A stretch of DNA of 64,000 nt from Octopus bimaculoides (taxonomy: Eukaryota): positions 59,823,096-59,887,095 of the forward strand of contig NC_068986.1 in NCBI RefSeq assembly GCF_001194135.2. The letters run 5' to 3'. Positions 12,812 to 25,335 of the stretch are shown piece by piece. The position numbers and the translations under genes were made by a program. The first letter of the stretch is position 1. Every line of letters starts with the position of its first letter. Below the pieces are notes generated by a model. It saw only the letters and a list, made by a program, of their open reading frames with translations, was not told the origin of the DNA and searched no databases.

Positions 12812-13305
12812 CATTATTTACATTATTTACATTTGACGGATATTCGTCCTCATCTTTTTTGTTGTTAACACAACGTTTCGGCTGATATACCCTCCAGCCT
12901 TTGTCAGGTGTCTTGGGGAAATTTCGAACCTGGGTTCTCATTCCTATCGATGTTACTATTATTATTATTATATTATTATTATTATTATTATTAATCAGGT
13001 CGCTGCCGTGAATCGAACTCAGAACCTTGAGGTTAGTAGCCTTGGGCGTAGTGGTTAAGAGTGTGGNNNNNNNNNNNNNNNNNNNNNNNNNNNNNNNNNN
13101 NNNNNNNNNNNNNNNNNNNNNNNNNNNNNNNNNNNNNNNNNNNNNNNNNNNNNNNNNNNNGAGCGTGGGCTACTAACCCCAAGGTTCCGAGTTCGATTCA
13201 CGGCAGCGACCTGATTAATAATAATAATAATAATAATATAATAATAATAATAGTAACATCGATAGGAATGTAAATAATGTAAATAATTCCTCATCTCTTA
13301 AACTG
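12812..13305. mobile_element. Fold-back insertion of a tRNA-headed, hammerhead-bearing SINE, with 13-bp TSD
   Basis: TATCTTTGATTTA at 12799-12811 and 13306-13318; inverted arms 12939-13041 and 13168-13270; tRNA-like A-box (tgggcgtagtggtt) and B-box (agttcgattc); 94-N gap in the middle. Confidence 0.75.
12868..12911 (-). ncRNA. Minimal type I hammerhead ribozyme motif (G8 mutated)
   Basis: Minus strand ACAC-CTGACAA-A-GGCTG-gagggtatat-CAGCC-GAAA-CGT-T-GTGT: stem I ACAC/GTGT, 5-bp stem II, palindromic ACGT stem III; CTGACAA is one transition from CTGACGA. Confidence 0.7.
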
Positions 13306-14029
13306 TATCTTTGATTTAGTTACTAAAATATTGGATCAGCATTTTATCTTGACTCCAACTGAATTTCTTACATAAAAGCTAATTGATGTTTTTATACTAA
13401 TAAATGCTAACTTAGGCATGAATATTGATGATATGTGACAAAATTGATTCGATACTTGGTAAATTGATTAGATGAAGTACATGAACAGTTTGCTGGCATT
13501 ATCTGAGTGGACAGGGTTGGGAACACAGTGTTAATTAAGGCAGACAGGGTATTTGGTGTTACTGAAGGTATACAAACAACTTGCTATTATCTGAAGTGGA
13601 TATAATACCTAACATTGATTTCTTATTACCCAGAGACAAACCCCATTTAAAACTTAGCCAGTGTTTTCATTATGTTAATCTTGGTATATTTTTGACACTT
13701 ATTTTATGAAAGCACTGACTAAATTTTTAACTTTATCCAAACAAAATTTGTACTTAGAAATGAAAAGAATGATTCTGGCTAAATACATTTGATCTACCAC
13801 TGTTTCAGTAGAATAAAATGCTCTCATAGAGATTAATATTAACATGTAATAGACTGAAAATACTGGATGCATTTTTCTATAATGACAAATGTTTAGAGAT
13901 CACATATACTGTTAGTAGTGGAAGAGAAAATCAACAGGCTCTTCATTTGATATTTATAGGTGTAACTCAATGAAGCAAAAATGTTATGCACACATACAGG
14001 TAGAGTTTCTTCAAAGCAAAAGTTAATTT

Positions 14030-14310
14030 AAATATGTTAGACTGAACAAGAAACCCAGTCAAGATTCAATACCACTGTGTGGCACCTTGGATAAGTGTCT
14101 TGTACTATAGTCTTAGATTAAACAATACCTTGTGAGTAGAATTGGGTAGATTGAAACAGTGAAGAAGCCTGTCATGTCATATGTGTGTGTGTTTATGTTG
14201 TCCCCCTTTATGCTCTTTCATTTAACACTTTACCAAATAGAGAGTGATAAAATAAGTACTGGTTTGGAAACAGTACTGAAGTTGACATGACTAAACCATT
14301 AAAGGCAATG
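14030..14310 (+). mobile_element. SINE family A, degraded
   Basis: ccactgtgtggcaccttggataagtgtcttgtactatag...ccttgtgagtagaatt. Confidence 0.6.
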
Positions 14311-15699
14311 TTTCAGAAAAAGAATAAAGAGTTATAACAGCCTAAATTTCATTATTGTCCAGCACAAGATAATAAACATCTATAGTAATATAAGTCACTA
14401 TGTTGAACACCGAAGAGGGGAAACAGAATTAATTCTTAGTTTTAAATGTGTTTTATATGTAAGTGGGGTAAAGCGATTTATGGAATTCAACAAAGAGGGA
14501 TAGAGAATTAGAGAGGATTACATTTGAATAAATCAACAATGATATTAGGGATTCCAATTGAGAAGATATGGGGATTTGTCTCTGTATTTATGACCAGGAA
14601 AGGATTATGTACAAAATATAAAAAGATAATGTAAATGAGGTCTTCATTTGAAGAATGTAAGTGATAATCAGCATATTAGTGTTAATGAACTAAGTAAGCT
14701 AAATAACTTATTGAATATTTTTTTGCCTTTGTGTGTTGTAGCTATGGTATATCAGCTTGATTGAGATAAGTTGCATGAAGCAACACACATAACTATTTTT
14801 AACACAGCATGGCGAGTTAAGAAAATATCCATACACTAGGCTCACAGTTAATAAATGTGAGTTATGGAGAACATGAAATATTTTTACTATTAGCTGAACT
14901 GGGCCAATTGAAAGTTAAGTGAGTCAGTCCTCAACATGAGATACAACCTTTTTGTTATGGATATAATTTCAATTGATTAGAAGTTCATTTTGGTTCACCG
15001 TTTCAAGTATGTTCAGGTCTGCTTAACTATATAAAGAAACAAAGCTTTGTGAAACACTAAACTTTTCCTGATCATGTTTCTAATGAAATATACTATGGAT
15101 GGATTTAATAAAATAACTAAATTTGTCATTATGAAGTTAATGTTTGGAATATAATTTCACTAGAAAGGTTCTTACCAAAAAATAAGAGGTTTCAATGTAG
15201 ATATGAAACACCTTGAGATAAAAAGTTTGGTATCAAAACTAAAGATACTCTCAGGTGGGCTGATAATCAAGAATTTAAGAAACTTTTATGAAGCTTTATA
15301 CAGCAGCCTTTAACTTACAGATATATTTTAATCTGAAAATCTGGCAATAATTAGAGTATGAAATATTTTTACTACGCTATTTTAGATGAAATATATATAA
15401 CTATTTGAAGCTATCTCATGATGAGGACATAAAATACCATCATGGCTATGAAGTGTACACATATGTACTAGAGAGAGGATATGAATTGAGTAATAGGTTA
15501 AAAACAGGATATTCTATCTAATGCTACTACTAGAATGTAAGCTAGAAAGTGGTTCAAATATGTTCTTAGTGAAAGCATATTTTGTTTAGTGAAAGTATAT
15601 TTTGCATTCTTTTAAGAAATGAAATTATTTTTCAATATGTTTCAACAATTCAGTCTGTAATACATTGATTACTTATAGGTACTTGATATCAATAGAATA

Positions 15700-16140
15700 T
15701 TTTGTATTCATTAAAATCCTGAGACAACTGAACCAGGTGGTCCCAAGGCGGACAACTCGTGTGGAACTGAAGGCAGCTTTCCTCAGGGTGTGGGCACAGG
15801 TTTCAATGGCTTTTGTGAACTGCCTTATGTACTCCATGTACCAATGGTGTATGACTGTTTTGAACACCCACGGAGAGCATACACGGTATTGAACATATCA
15901 CGCCCTACAATATCGATGTGCTGGATCCGCCCACTACCAGAACACATGACAATGACTCATAGACTGTGGTCAAAGTGCATCCAAGAAATTGACTTTATCA
16001 GATTTATCAAAATTTTTCTCTGACATAATGAAATTAAAACATATTTCACAGTCACACACAGTTGACTGATTTGTGCTAGTAGATCACCCGATTGAGAAAA
16101 ATAGCTTTATTTAGTTCATTCAGAGTTGCCTCTCTTAGGT
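15700..16140 (+). mobile_element. Tc1-like transposon 3' remnant
   Basis: ORF 15665-15892 ends ELKAAFLRVWAQVSMAFVNCLMYSMYQWCMTVLNTHGEHTRY, the typical Tc1 transposase C-terminus; 3' boundary uncertain. Confidence 0.7.
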
Positions 16141-16457
16141 ACATCTCATCAACAAGAGTCAATAAACTCGAAACATTAATGTTTGAGAATCCTGAGAGAT
16201 GGTGACACTGAATGAACTGGGTGTTTTCACACCATTTTACCTTAAAAGAGATTCTTTTCTCCATGGTAACTGCAGTGTATTTGTCTTTAGCAGTTGAAAT
16301 ATGTGACAAACATATTTCAACTATACCTGAAAGACAGACAAGGTGATCGGAACTGGGATGCATTTGATCGTGTTGGTTTAGTTAGGCAGATTTGTGGGTG
16401 TGGGATAGGACTGAATAAATTCAGCAACGACAAGAACAACAAACACAGCCTACATTA

Positions 16458-17235
16458 TCATCATCATCATCGTCGTTTAACGTCCGCTTTCCATGCTAGC
16501 ATGGGTTGTACGGTTTGACTGAGGACTGGTGAAACCAGATGGCTACACCAGGCTCCAATCTGATTTGGCAGAGTTTCTACAGCTGGATGCCCTTCCTAAC
16601 GCCAACCACTCCGAGAGTGTAGTAGGTGCTTTTACGTGCCACCTGCACGAAGGCCAGTCAGGCAGCACTGGCAACGGCCACGCTCNNNNNNNNNNNNNNN
16701 NNNNNNNNNNNNNNNNNNNNNNNNNNNNNNNNNNNNNNNNNNNNNNNNNNNNNNNNNNNNNNNNNNNNNNNNNNNNNNNNNNNNNNNNNNNNNNNNNNNN
16801 NNNNNNNNNNNNNNNNNNNNNNNNNNNNNNNNNNNNNNNNNNNNNNNNNNNNNNNNNNNNNNNNNNNNNNNNNNNNNNNNNNNNNNNNNNNNNNNNNNNN
16901 NNNNNNNNNNNNNNNNNNNNNNNNNNNNNNNNNNNNNNNNNNNNNNNNNNNNNNNNNNNNNNNNNNNNNNNNNNNNNNNNNNNNNNNNNNNNNNNNNNNN
17001 NNCACTTGCCTCAACAGGTCTTCGCGAGCGGAGTTTAGTGTCCAATGAAGGAAGGTACGTATAAGTGGGCTGCCTGAGGCCTTCGATTTAGGTCTCACTT
17101 GGCTTGCCTGGTCTTCTCACGCACAGCATATTTCCAAAGGTCTCGATCAGATCATCACCTCGGTAAGGCCCAATGTTCAAAGGTCGTGCCTCACCACCTC
17201 ATCCCAGGTCTTCTTGAGCCTACCTCTTCCACAAG
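16458..17235 (-). mobile_element. RTE LINE 3' end with (GAT)n tail, interrupted by a gap
   Basis: Matches 30975-31700; includes the reverse-strand GRLKKTWDEVVRHDL motif. Confidence 0.85.
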
Positions 17236-18179
17236 TATGAAATGATTACATTAACTCATCATTTATGTCATCAATAGTATACTTATTTTTGATATAGCTT
17301 TGTTTTGACTCATGATATCCTGTGAATGCATGCTACTGAAATTACCTGTTTCTACATGAGATTTCTGTGCAACATGTATTAGGTAATATGAAATTCAATA
17401 ATAACTGACTTAATAAACAATATCAGAAATTTCTTGAAACTTCTTAAATAAATGTGTGCATATGTATATATATGTGTGTGTGTTTGTGTACATACATGCA
17501 CATGAATATGAGAGTGTGCACATGAATGTGTGTGTGTGAATATGAATATGTATGTAGGCATAAATATGTGATTGTGTGTATACACATACACACATTCATA
17601 CATTATATGTGTGTGTGTGTGTGTGTGTATGTATTATTTTAGCTGATTCCGTTTAAGCAGATGGTAGCTCTTACTGTAAAGTGCTCTCAGATATATGCAA
17701 ACTGATATGAATACTTAATAGGAAATAATATATCCGGTATTCATCTGACATTATAAAAGTAACATTTGTTTACTTATATCCTAGTCTATTTACTTATATT
17801 CTTCCAGTTTATTTTTATTTCTCAACATTGTTTCAATGTTGTGCCACTGGTTTTATAGATGATTGTCTTGGAAAGTGGATTCAGTACTGCGCAACACTTT
17901 ATTTGTCCTAACCAAATTCCTCCACAGGAACTTTTTAGGCTCTTGGAACATTTGCATGGACTTACTTAGTCAATGAAGTGGTCTTATTTGGTCATGAGTT
18001 GACTTCCAGTATGTATACATATATATATATATATANNNNNNNNNNNNNNNNNNNNNNNNNNNNNNNNNNNNNNNNNNNNNNNNNNNNNNNNNNNNNNNNN
18101 NNNNNNNNNNNNNNNNNNNNNNNNNNNNNNNNNNNNNNNNNNNNNNNNNNNNNNNNNNNNNNNNNNNNNNNNNNNNTAT

Positions 18180-18638
18180 ATACAGTACATCGCAGAGTTT
18201 TCTGGCTAATATATGTAAATTTATATCATGGACTCCTCAGTATATAGCAGGTTTCTGTGTCTGATAGCTATTTATATTTTTTTTTGATTTTAATTATTTC
18301 TGTGGTAAAATAAACATTTTCACACTTAAAAATTAACAAATTAATAATTAAAATACAGTACTGTACTGCACTGTATAACACATTAATTAAAATATATTAA
18401 AAGAAAATACATAACATACCATGGATGAGTAAATAAAGAATTGCACATACTGTATGGAAAATGAAGCTCAGGATGCAAGCGTGCGGTGCTGTTTTGCATT
18501 TATAATAAAATAAATATATACAAATTATAAAAATAATTAAAAAGAATATACGGTACAGCACTTTTCTACTTTGCAGATTTTCAGCTATTGCAGTGGGAAT
18601 TGGAATGTAACACCTGCGATATTTTAGGTATTACTGTA
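18180..18638. mobile_element. Tigger/pogo-like non-autonomous DNA transposon remnant
   Basis: Right end ...gtaacacctgcgatattttaggtattactg-TA resembles Tigger-type TIR ends; left end tacagta...tcagtatatagcagg is degraded and gap-adjacent. Confidence 0.5.
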
Positions 18639-18646
18639 TATATATA

Positions 18647-18813
18647 TAATTAGATGAAGATGGTTATGGTATTTCTATGGGGTTACCCTGGGTTTCACAT
18701 CCATAAAGCACTTAGCTTTACAGCGTTTCATCAAAGCCATAAAGCTAAGCACTTTATGGATGTGAAACCCAGGGTAACCCCATAGACTGGCCATAACCAT
18801 CTTTATCTAATTA
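18647..18813. repeat. 167-bp fold-back (MITE-like hairpin)
   Basis: ~74-bp inverted arms (taattagat...cttagcttta / taaagctaag...atctaatta) with few mismatches and a ~19-nt loop. Confidence 0.9.
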
Positions 18814-18870
18814 CTCTACTGCTTTATAACATAGAGTATGCCTTTCTATTGGTTTTATAACTTACTGATG

Positions 18871-18917
<47 letters not shown>

Positions 18918-18918
18918 C

Positions 18919-19098
18919 ATTAAAGGAACAGGAAAGCAAAACCAAGGCAGAATGAGCATCTCAGGTCATATCAAAAAGGGAGAATCAAAAAAGGAGAATT
19001 ACTTTTACTTCTTTTTTGATTCACCTTACTCTAACTGAATATTTTAAATGACCTGAGATGCTCATCCTACCTTAGTTTTGTTTTCATTTTCCTTTAAT
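18919..19098. repeat. 180-bp imperfect fold-back (MITE-like)
   Basis: attaaagga...atgagcatctcaggtcat pairs with atgacctgagatgctcat...tcctttaat; internal gaatcaaaaaaggag/cttcttttttgattc hairpin; TA-rich flanks. Confidence 0.8.
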
Positions 19099-19668
19099 AT
19101 ATAGCTGCTGACTTGGAAGCCTACTATGGATTCCTAACTCCAGCCTCAGCTGTGAACTTGGAACCTAACAAATGACCATTTATAGCACATATGCAGTGTA
19201 CCTATTGGTTTAGATTATCAGTGAACTAAACCCCTCATATTCTATATATATAGTTCATAGATGAGAATCAAATATTCTCCATATAGAATACACTTTGTAG
19301 TGCTCAAGAGGTTTAAACTTGAGTGGGTAGAGAAGTAAATGTAAGGATAAGCAAGTTAGCCAGGTCAATATACAAAGTATGTTAAATACATGAAATACAA
19401 AAAATGCATGTATTTTACATACAAAATGGCTACTTACACAGAATAGAAATGGTATCAAGAATTTTAAGGTGTTGAAGAAAAGTATTACAAATCCAACAGC
19501 TGTTTCTGGGGGCTTCGTGGTCCAGAATAATGTTTCTAAATTGATTCCATCATCAGATGAGACAGGCCTCTGCCTTCATCGCTGTTTGTTACGTTATCGT
19601 CAATGTTATCGCTTATGAAACCTTTGATTTATTGTACAACCGACACACTGTACAACCGTTGTTTACTT

Positions 19669-19704
<36 letters not shown>

Positions 19705-19784
19705 NNNNNNNNNNNNNNNNNNNNNNNNNNNNNNNNNNNNNNNNNNNNNNNNNNNNNNNNNNNNNNNNNNNNNNNNNNNNNNNN

Positions 19785-19831
<47 letters not shown>

Positions 19832-21459
19832 CATATATAAACTGATGCTTTCTTGACACAACTGGAACAGGCCAAAAAGAGATAACACCATCTTGCCCAA
19901 AAGGGGTTTTTGCTTTGAAGATTTTCATTTCAAGGTTTTTTCACATTGCTGTCCAAGATTGTAATCCTATCTGCATTAGTAAAGATGTTATATGCTCCTG
20001 ACCAGCAAGTCTGGGGTGTCACCTACATTACCAAGAACTATAATATATGCGAAACCAATGGTAACTTTCTAACTGCCTATAACCACTGACTACATTGTAT
20101 GTGTGTGGGTGGATGCGGTATATAATTGTGTGTATTTTATAATTCATTAAATGACAAAGAGGAACATTAATCTTATTCAATTACTCCTTTAAAATGCAGT
20201 TTGACTTAAATCATATACAGAACATAAAAACTGAAAATTTTTCATCCTGGGATTTTTCATGGGTACTAGAGGAAAAATAGGAACAATGAAGCTTAGTAGT
20301 ATGTAAAGATCAAAATATTACAATTTACCAACTTGGACAAATTCTTTAAGTTTCTTTCATAAAAAAAAAATCTTCAAAATTAACTTTCCCAAGTTATTAA
20401 GATGGACAAATTGTTGCTGACACACATATTACTGACTTCCTCAAACCCAGATTTTGCCTGATTTCAATGATACTCTATTATCATAGTTAGGATGTAATTT
20501 AAGTAACTGAAGTCAGTTACAAATTTCTTTTTGTTAAGAATAATGTCAGTTTCAGGAAGAGCAAAGGTTGATTGAATTAACTAATAAATCATTACTGGTA
20601 ATTATTATTCTGACCCTGGAAAGATGGAAAGCTATGATAAAAAAAAAATCATACAAATTGCAGCTGATTATGAATTTAGAATATATAAGGATAAATCTAA
20701 ATTTAGCAAAGCATTTAGTTTATCATTTTTGACAACTCAGTACTATAGTCGAAAGTAATCTTTTTTCAAAAAACTAAATAGTTAGGAAAGGAATATTTTA
20801 GGAAATGAAGTGACTGATTTTATTAAGATATGTAGCAACATTCTGCATTCCCAAATTGCAAAATAATTTTCACATGTCATGTGAAATATTTTAAGAAAAA
20901 GAATAAGTAAGGGTTTTCTGAATATTGGTTCTAAATTGAATTTTGCCTTCTAACCCTGTGATTTTCTCTGCAGCTGTATTAGCATTTAAGAAATAGCACC
21001 CTCATCCACACACCTTAACACTGTCATCTAGCTGGCCAAGAAAAGCACTGTACAATTGCATGCTAATCTTATTCCTCTGATCAAAATAATTTTCTGTGTA
21101 TACCATGACAATAGGCTCAGCAACATAATATATTTACTGTTTTTGTAGATGAAGTGTCATGCTGTAGATTCATCTTAAAAACAATACTTATGTGGTGAAA
21201 GCAATTTCTGAAGGAGGAAGATATACAAAAATATAAACAAGCAAAATGATTTCCACATGAGAGAAAGTAAATGATTATGATACACACATATGTGTGTATG
21301 TGTGAAGATAGAGAAAGTGATAACTCAGTAGATAAGGAATATTCACTATAGGAGTTCCATTGTATCTACTTTCTAATGTCATCGATGATGTGAACATCAA
21401 AACTTTATCTTGTCTAGTCCCTGAAGTCAACAAAAGGATGATCATTCCCAATAGATTCC

Positions 21460-24400
21460 TTTCATCATCATCATCATTATTATCACCATTGTTTAATATC
21501 TGTTCTCCATATTGGTTTGGGTTGGATGGGTTGAGAGGAGCTGGTTAGGCTGGGAGCAGCACCAACCTCTATTCTTTGCTTTGGCATGGTTTTTTTTTAC
21601 TGAATGCCCTTCCTAAAGCCAACCACTTTACAGAGTGTACTAGGTACTTTTTATATGGCACCAGCACCTGCAGTTTTTATGTGGTGCCAGCACTGGTGCT
21701 TTTAACATGGCACCAGCACCAACAGGGTCACCAAATAACTTGCAAAACCAAAACTGTAGGGTGGTGGTGATGTTATTGTAACAGTTGATGAGAGATTAGA
21801 GGTATAGAGGGACAGGGATAGGTGTCTTGTAAAGCAGATACATGGACATCCCAACTGGAAAAGAAAGAAGGGTGAGTTAGAGAGCAAAATAAAGAGAACC
21901 ATAGTGAGAGAGATGGTGGCAAAGGTGTGTCAGGACAAGAGACTGTAGCAAATGATGGGAGAATTATAGGAGAGGCTTGAGGGTAGGGGTTGCAGTAGAT
22001 ATGTGAGGGCACTGAGGGTGATAGCAGATAAGCAAGGAGTTAACAACACAGGAGAAAGAAGACACAGAAAGGAGGTATTTGGTGGAGTAAGATAATGGGA
22101 AATAGAAGTGTTTTGAGGTGGGGGAAGGAAGGTAACTGAGAAAGCAGGGGGATGTAATATATGCTTATTCTGCTCTCAGATGATAGAGAAGTGATGGGTG
22201 TTAGGAGATGAAATGAGGGGTTGGCAGAGCAGAGAAGATGCATGTGGGCATAGGGAAGTGCCCCTCACAGACAAGCGTTTAACCGAGTGGTTTTAGGATA
22301 TCAATTCTGTTGTGGTGGATGGGTCTGCCTGAGTACAGTGAGGTGCTAGATATCTTGGTCCTTAGTTATGTCATTCATAAGACTCAGCATCTTGAGATCA
22401 GCCTTCAGTACATTGTCCTGTGTCTTCCTGGGTCTCCCTCTTCCACAAGTTTAAGTGACTGGCAGCTGTCCACATCTATATGCATCACATGACCAAACTA
22501 GCACAGTCATCTCTCTTGCACACAACATCTAATTCCTCTTACACCTAACTTTTCTCTCAAAACACTAGCTCTCTGTCACACATGTACATGACACTGCACA
22601 TCCAACAAAGCATACTAACTTCCTTCCTCTCTAACTTATGCATGTTCTCTGCATTCAGGGTTCATGTCTCACAACCACTTAGTACTGTTGTTTGTACACA
22701 TGCATCAAGCAATCTTCATTTTATTCAGAGAGCGAGACCTTTTATTGCTGACTGAGGTAAAAGCTCTCTGAATTTTCTCTGACCTATTCTTATTCTAGAA
22801 ATTACACTTTCCATACATCCTCCTCTACTGCTAATTAGGTCCCCTAGGTAACAGAAATTATGCACTACTTCTAGGGGGCATTTGAGAAATTCAATTTCCC
22901 ACGGCTCTTGTGCATTTTCCATATACAAACATCACTTTCTCTGTTAACCTTCCTATTATTCCACTCCACTTCATGTGTGTCCATAGCTTCCACAGGATAT
23001 ACTGTATGGAAATCCTGTCTACACCATTCCTACATATTGAACAGGGCCATTTACCTGAAGTGGATAGGGTCCTGTTTATTTTCTTTCTTACTAGAACCTT
23101 GGTCTTTGTTAAGTTAACCTTAAGGCCCTTCAAGTCCAGGTTTGCTGTCATGCCTAGAATTTCTTTCCTAGTTCTGTAACAGAATCTGCTATGAGAGCAA
23201 GGTCATCAACATACAGCAGTTTTCAGGGGCAGTCAGTCTTGAATTTCTCTGTAATAATCTAGAGGACTATGATGAATAGGAGGGGACTAAGAATCGGACC
23301 CTGATGAATGGTTAATTGTGTACTAAAGTTATCAATGTACTCATGGTTAACTTTCACCTAACTGACAGAATCTGTTATGGCCTGTATAGCGTTCCCTCAG
23401 AGATCACCATATTACACAGTGGAGTACTCTGCCAAAGGCTTTCTCCAAGTCAACAAACACCAAGTACAATGTTTTATTCTTATCTAAACACCTCTGCGGT
23501 TGTCTGATTATAAATATAGTATCAGTAGTGCTTCTTCCAAGTACAAAGCTAAACTGCATTGCATTTAATCTGATTCTGATCCTAATTAATTGGGGTGTAA
23601 TTCTCTCCATATCTTTCATCACCTGATCCAGTAACTTGATGTCACTTTAATTACTTCTGACTATGATTCAGCTAGAGCAGTCATTGGGGATGATGCCTTT
23701 TTGAATAACCTGATGAACTATACAGGTGATCAGACCATATCAGACCATCTTGCTCTGTCAAATATTTTAAGCATCTCAGCAATGACTCCCAATGGACCAG
23801 GGGTTTTCTCTATCTTCATATCCTTAATTACCATATCTGTCATACTGCTGTCAACTCAAACAGCTTGTCTCTCTGTTGGGTTCACAGAGGGGAGACACCT
23901 TTTCTCCAAATCATTCTCTACATTTAATAGCCTTTGAGCACTTCTTTGCCTCTTTCTTTTCAGAGTCACTGAGCACAAGCATACCATTATCCATATGTAC
24001 ACACTTCTCTCCCACAACATCTAGATTTTCTCTGACACTGTCAAGCAATCCTGAACACCTCAAGTCTCTGATCTTCAGGCCATAAGACATTAGCAAACCT
24101 TTTCCTTTCTGCTTCTACCCTTTCTAGATAAACCTGTCACCTAGCTTCCATTTTAACTATCTGATATGTTGCCTAGCTTCTATTTTAGCTATCATATCAG
24201 ATAGCTAAAATGGCAGCTGCTCCCACTTTTCCACTCTTTCCAAATCCATCTCTTCACTTTTATGGCCCTGTCAACCTTAGTTGTTCCACCACCATGTCAC
24301 CCTCAGACTGGCAGAAGCTTTGCTCCAGCCACAGAGTTGGTCTGCAGCTTTCAGAAGGTTTTCCTGTTAGGACTTCCAGTTGTCTTCTACATTATACATC

Positions 24401-24835
24401 ACAACCTCCTCTTTCTCATCAATTGCTTTAATCAAGATGTCTCTAAATCTCTGATGGACCTTTGAGCTTCCATAATTTCCTTTTCCAGTCAAGCTCTAAG
24501 TCTGAGGTAGCTAGCTACTAATTTATATTGAGTCATACATTCCTCAATGGGAACGGACTTTGCATTTAGAAGCATCTGTCTATCCCTATTTCAGGTGAGA
24601 ATGTAGTCAATCTGGCTTAGGTGCCTACCAGAGTGATAAGTGATTAATTGGCTGGTTTCTTGAAGTTAGTGTTGCAAACCAGCAAGTTATTTGCATTACA
24701 GAACTCCAGGAGCCTTGTCTCCTTATTTCTAGTGCCAAAGCTGAAATCTCCATGCACACCATAAAATTCACTGGAGTGTTGCCTAACATGACTGAAGAAC
24801 TCACCAGCTATGATTATAAAGTAATAAACCAACAT
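21460..24835 (-). mobile_element. Degraded RTE LINE (endonuclease + RT + 3' tail)
   Basis: Fragments GTRNKETRLLEFCNANNLLVCNTNFKK (APE), FVLGRSTTDTIFIIRQ...LVFVDLEKAF (RT), GLKVNLTKTKVLV; many stops and frameshifts. Confidence 0.9.
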
Positions 24836-24889
24836 TAAGAGAACTGAGTGATGGTATAAGCATAAGCTAGAGAGAAATAAACAATATAG

Positions 24890-25290
24890 TTGCAGGCGTG
24901 GCTGAGTGGTAAGAAGCTAGCTTCCCAACCACATGGTTCTGGGTTCACTCCCACTGTATAGCACCTTTGACAAGTGTTTTCTACTGCAGCCTGGGGCCGA
25001 TCAAAGCCTTGTGAATGGATTTGGTAGACAAAAACTGAAACAAACCAGTTGTATATTTAAGTGTGTGTGTGTCTTTGTTTGTCCCCCTCCCATCATCACT
25101 TGACAACTAGTGTTGGTGTGATTATGTCCCTGTAACCTAGTGGTTCAGCAAAATAGACTGATAGAATAAGTTCTAGGCTTAAAAAAAAAAGTCCTAGGGT
25201 CGATTTGTCCGACTAAAACCCCTCGAAGTGGTGCTCCAGCATGACCACAGTCAACTGATTGAAACAAGTAAAAGAATAAAAAGATATACA
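24890..25290 (+). mobile_element. SINE family A, full length
   Basis: gcaggcgtggctgagtggtaagaagc...gggttcactccc (A/B boxes), central (TG)n, 3' end gaaacaagtaaaagaataaaaag. Confidence 0.85.
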
Positions 25291-25293
25291 TGT

Positions 25294-25334
<41 letters not shown>

Positions 25335-25335
<1 letters not shown>

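Noticed and set aside
13042-13212. tRNA gene with ACT anticodon
   Set aside because: No convincing acceptor stem, it spans a gap, and it is embedded in a TSD-flanked repeat; treated as a SINE head.
19491-19561. Minus-strand hammerhead-like pair CTGATGA-TGG...CCA-GAAACAGCTGT
   Set aside because: Core boxes and a palindromic stem III are present, but stem I does not pair and stem II has only 3 bp; insufficient without other copies.
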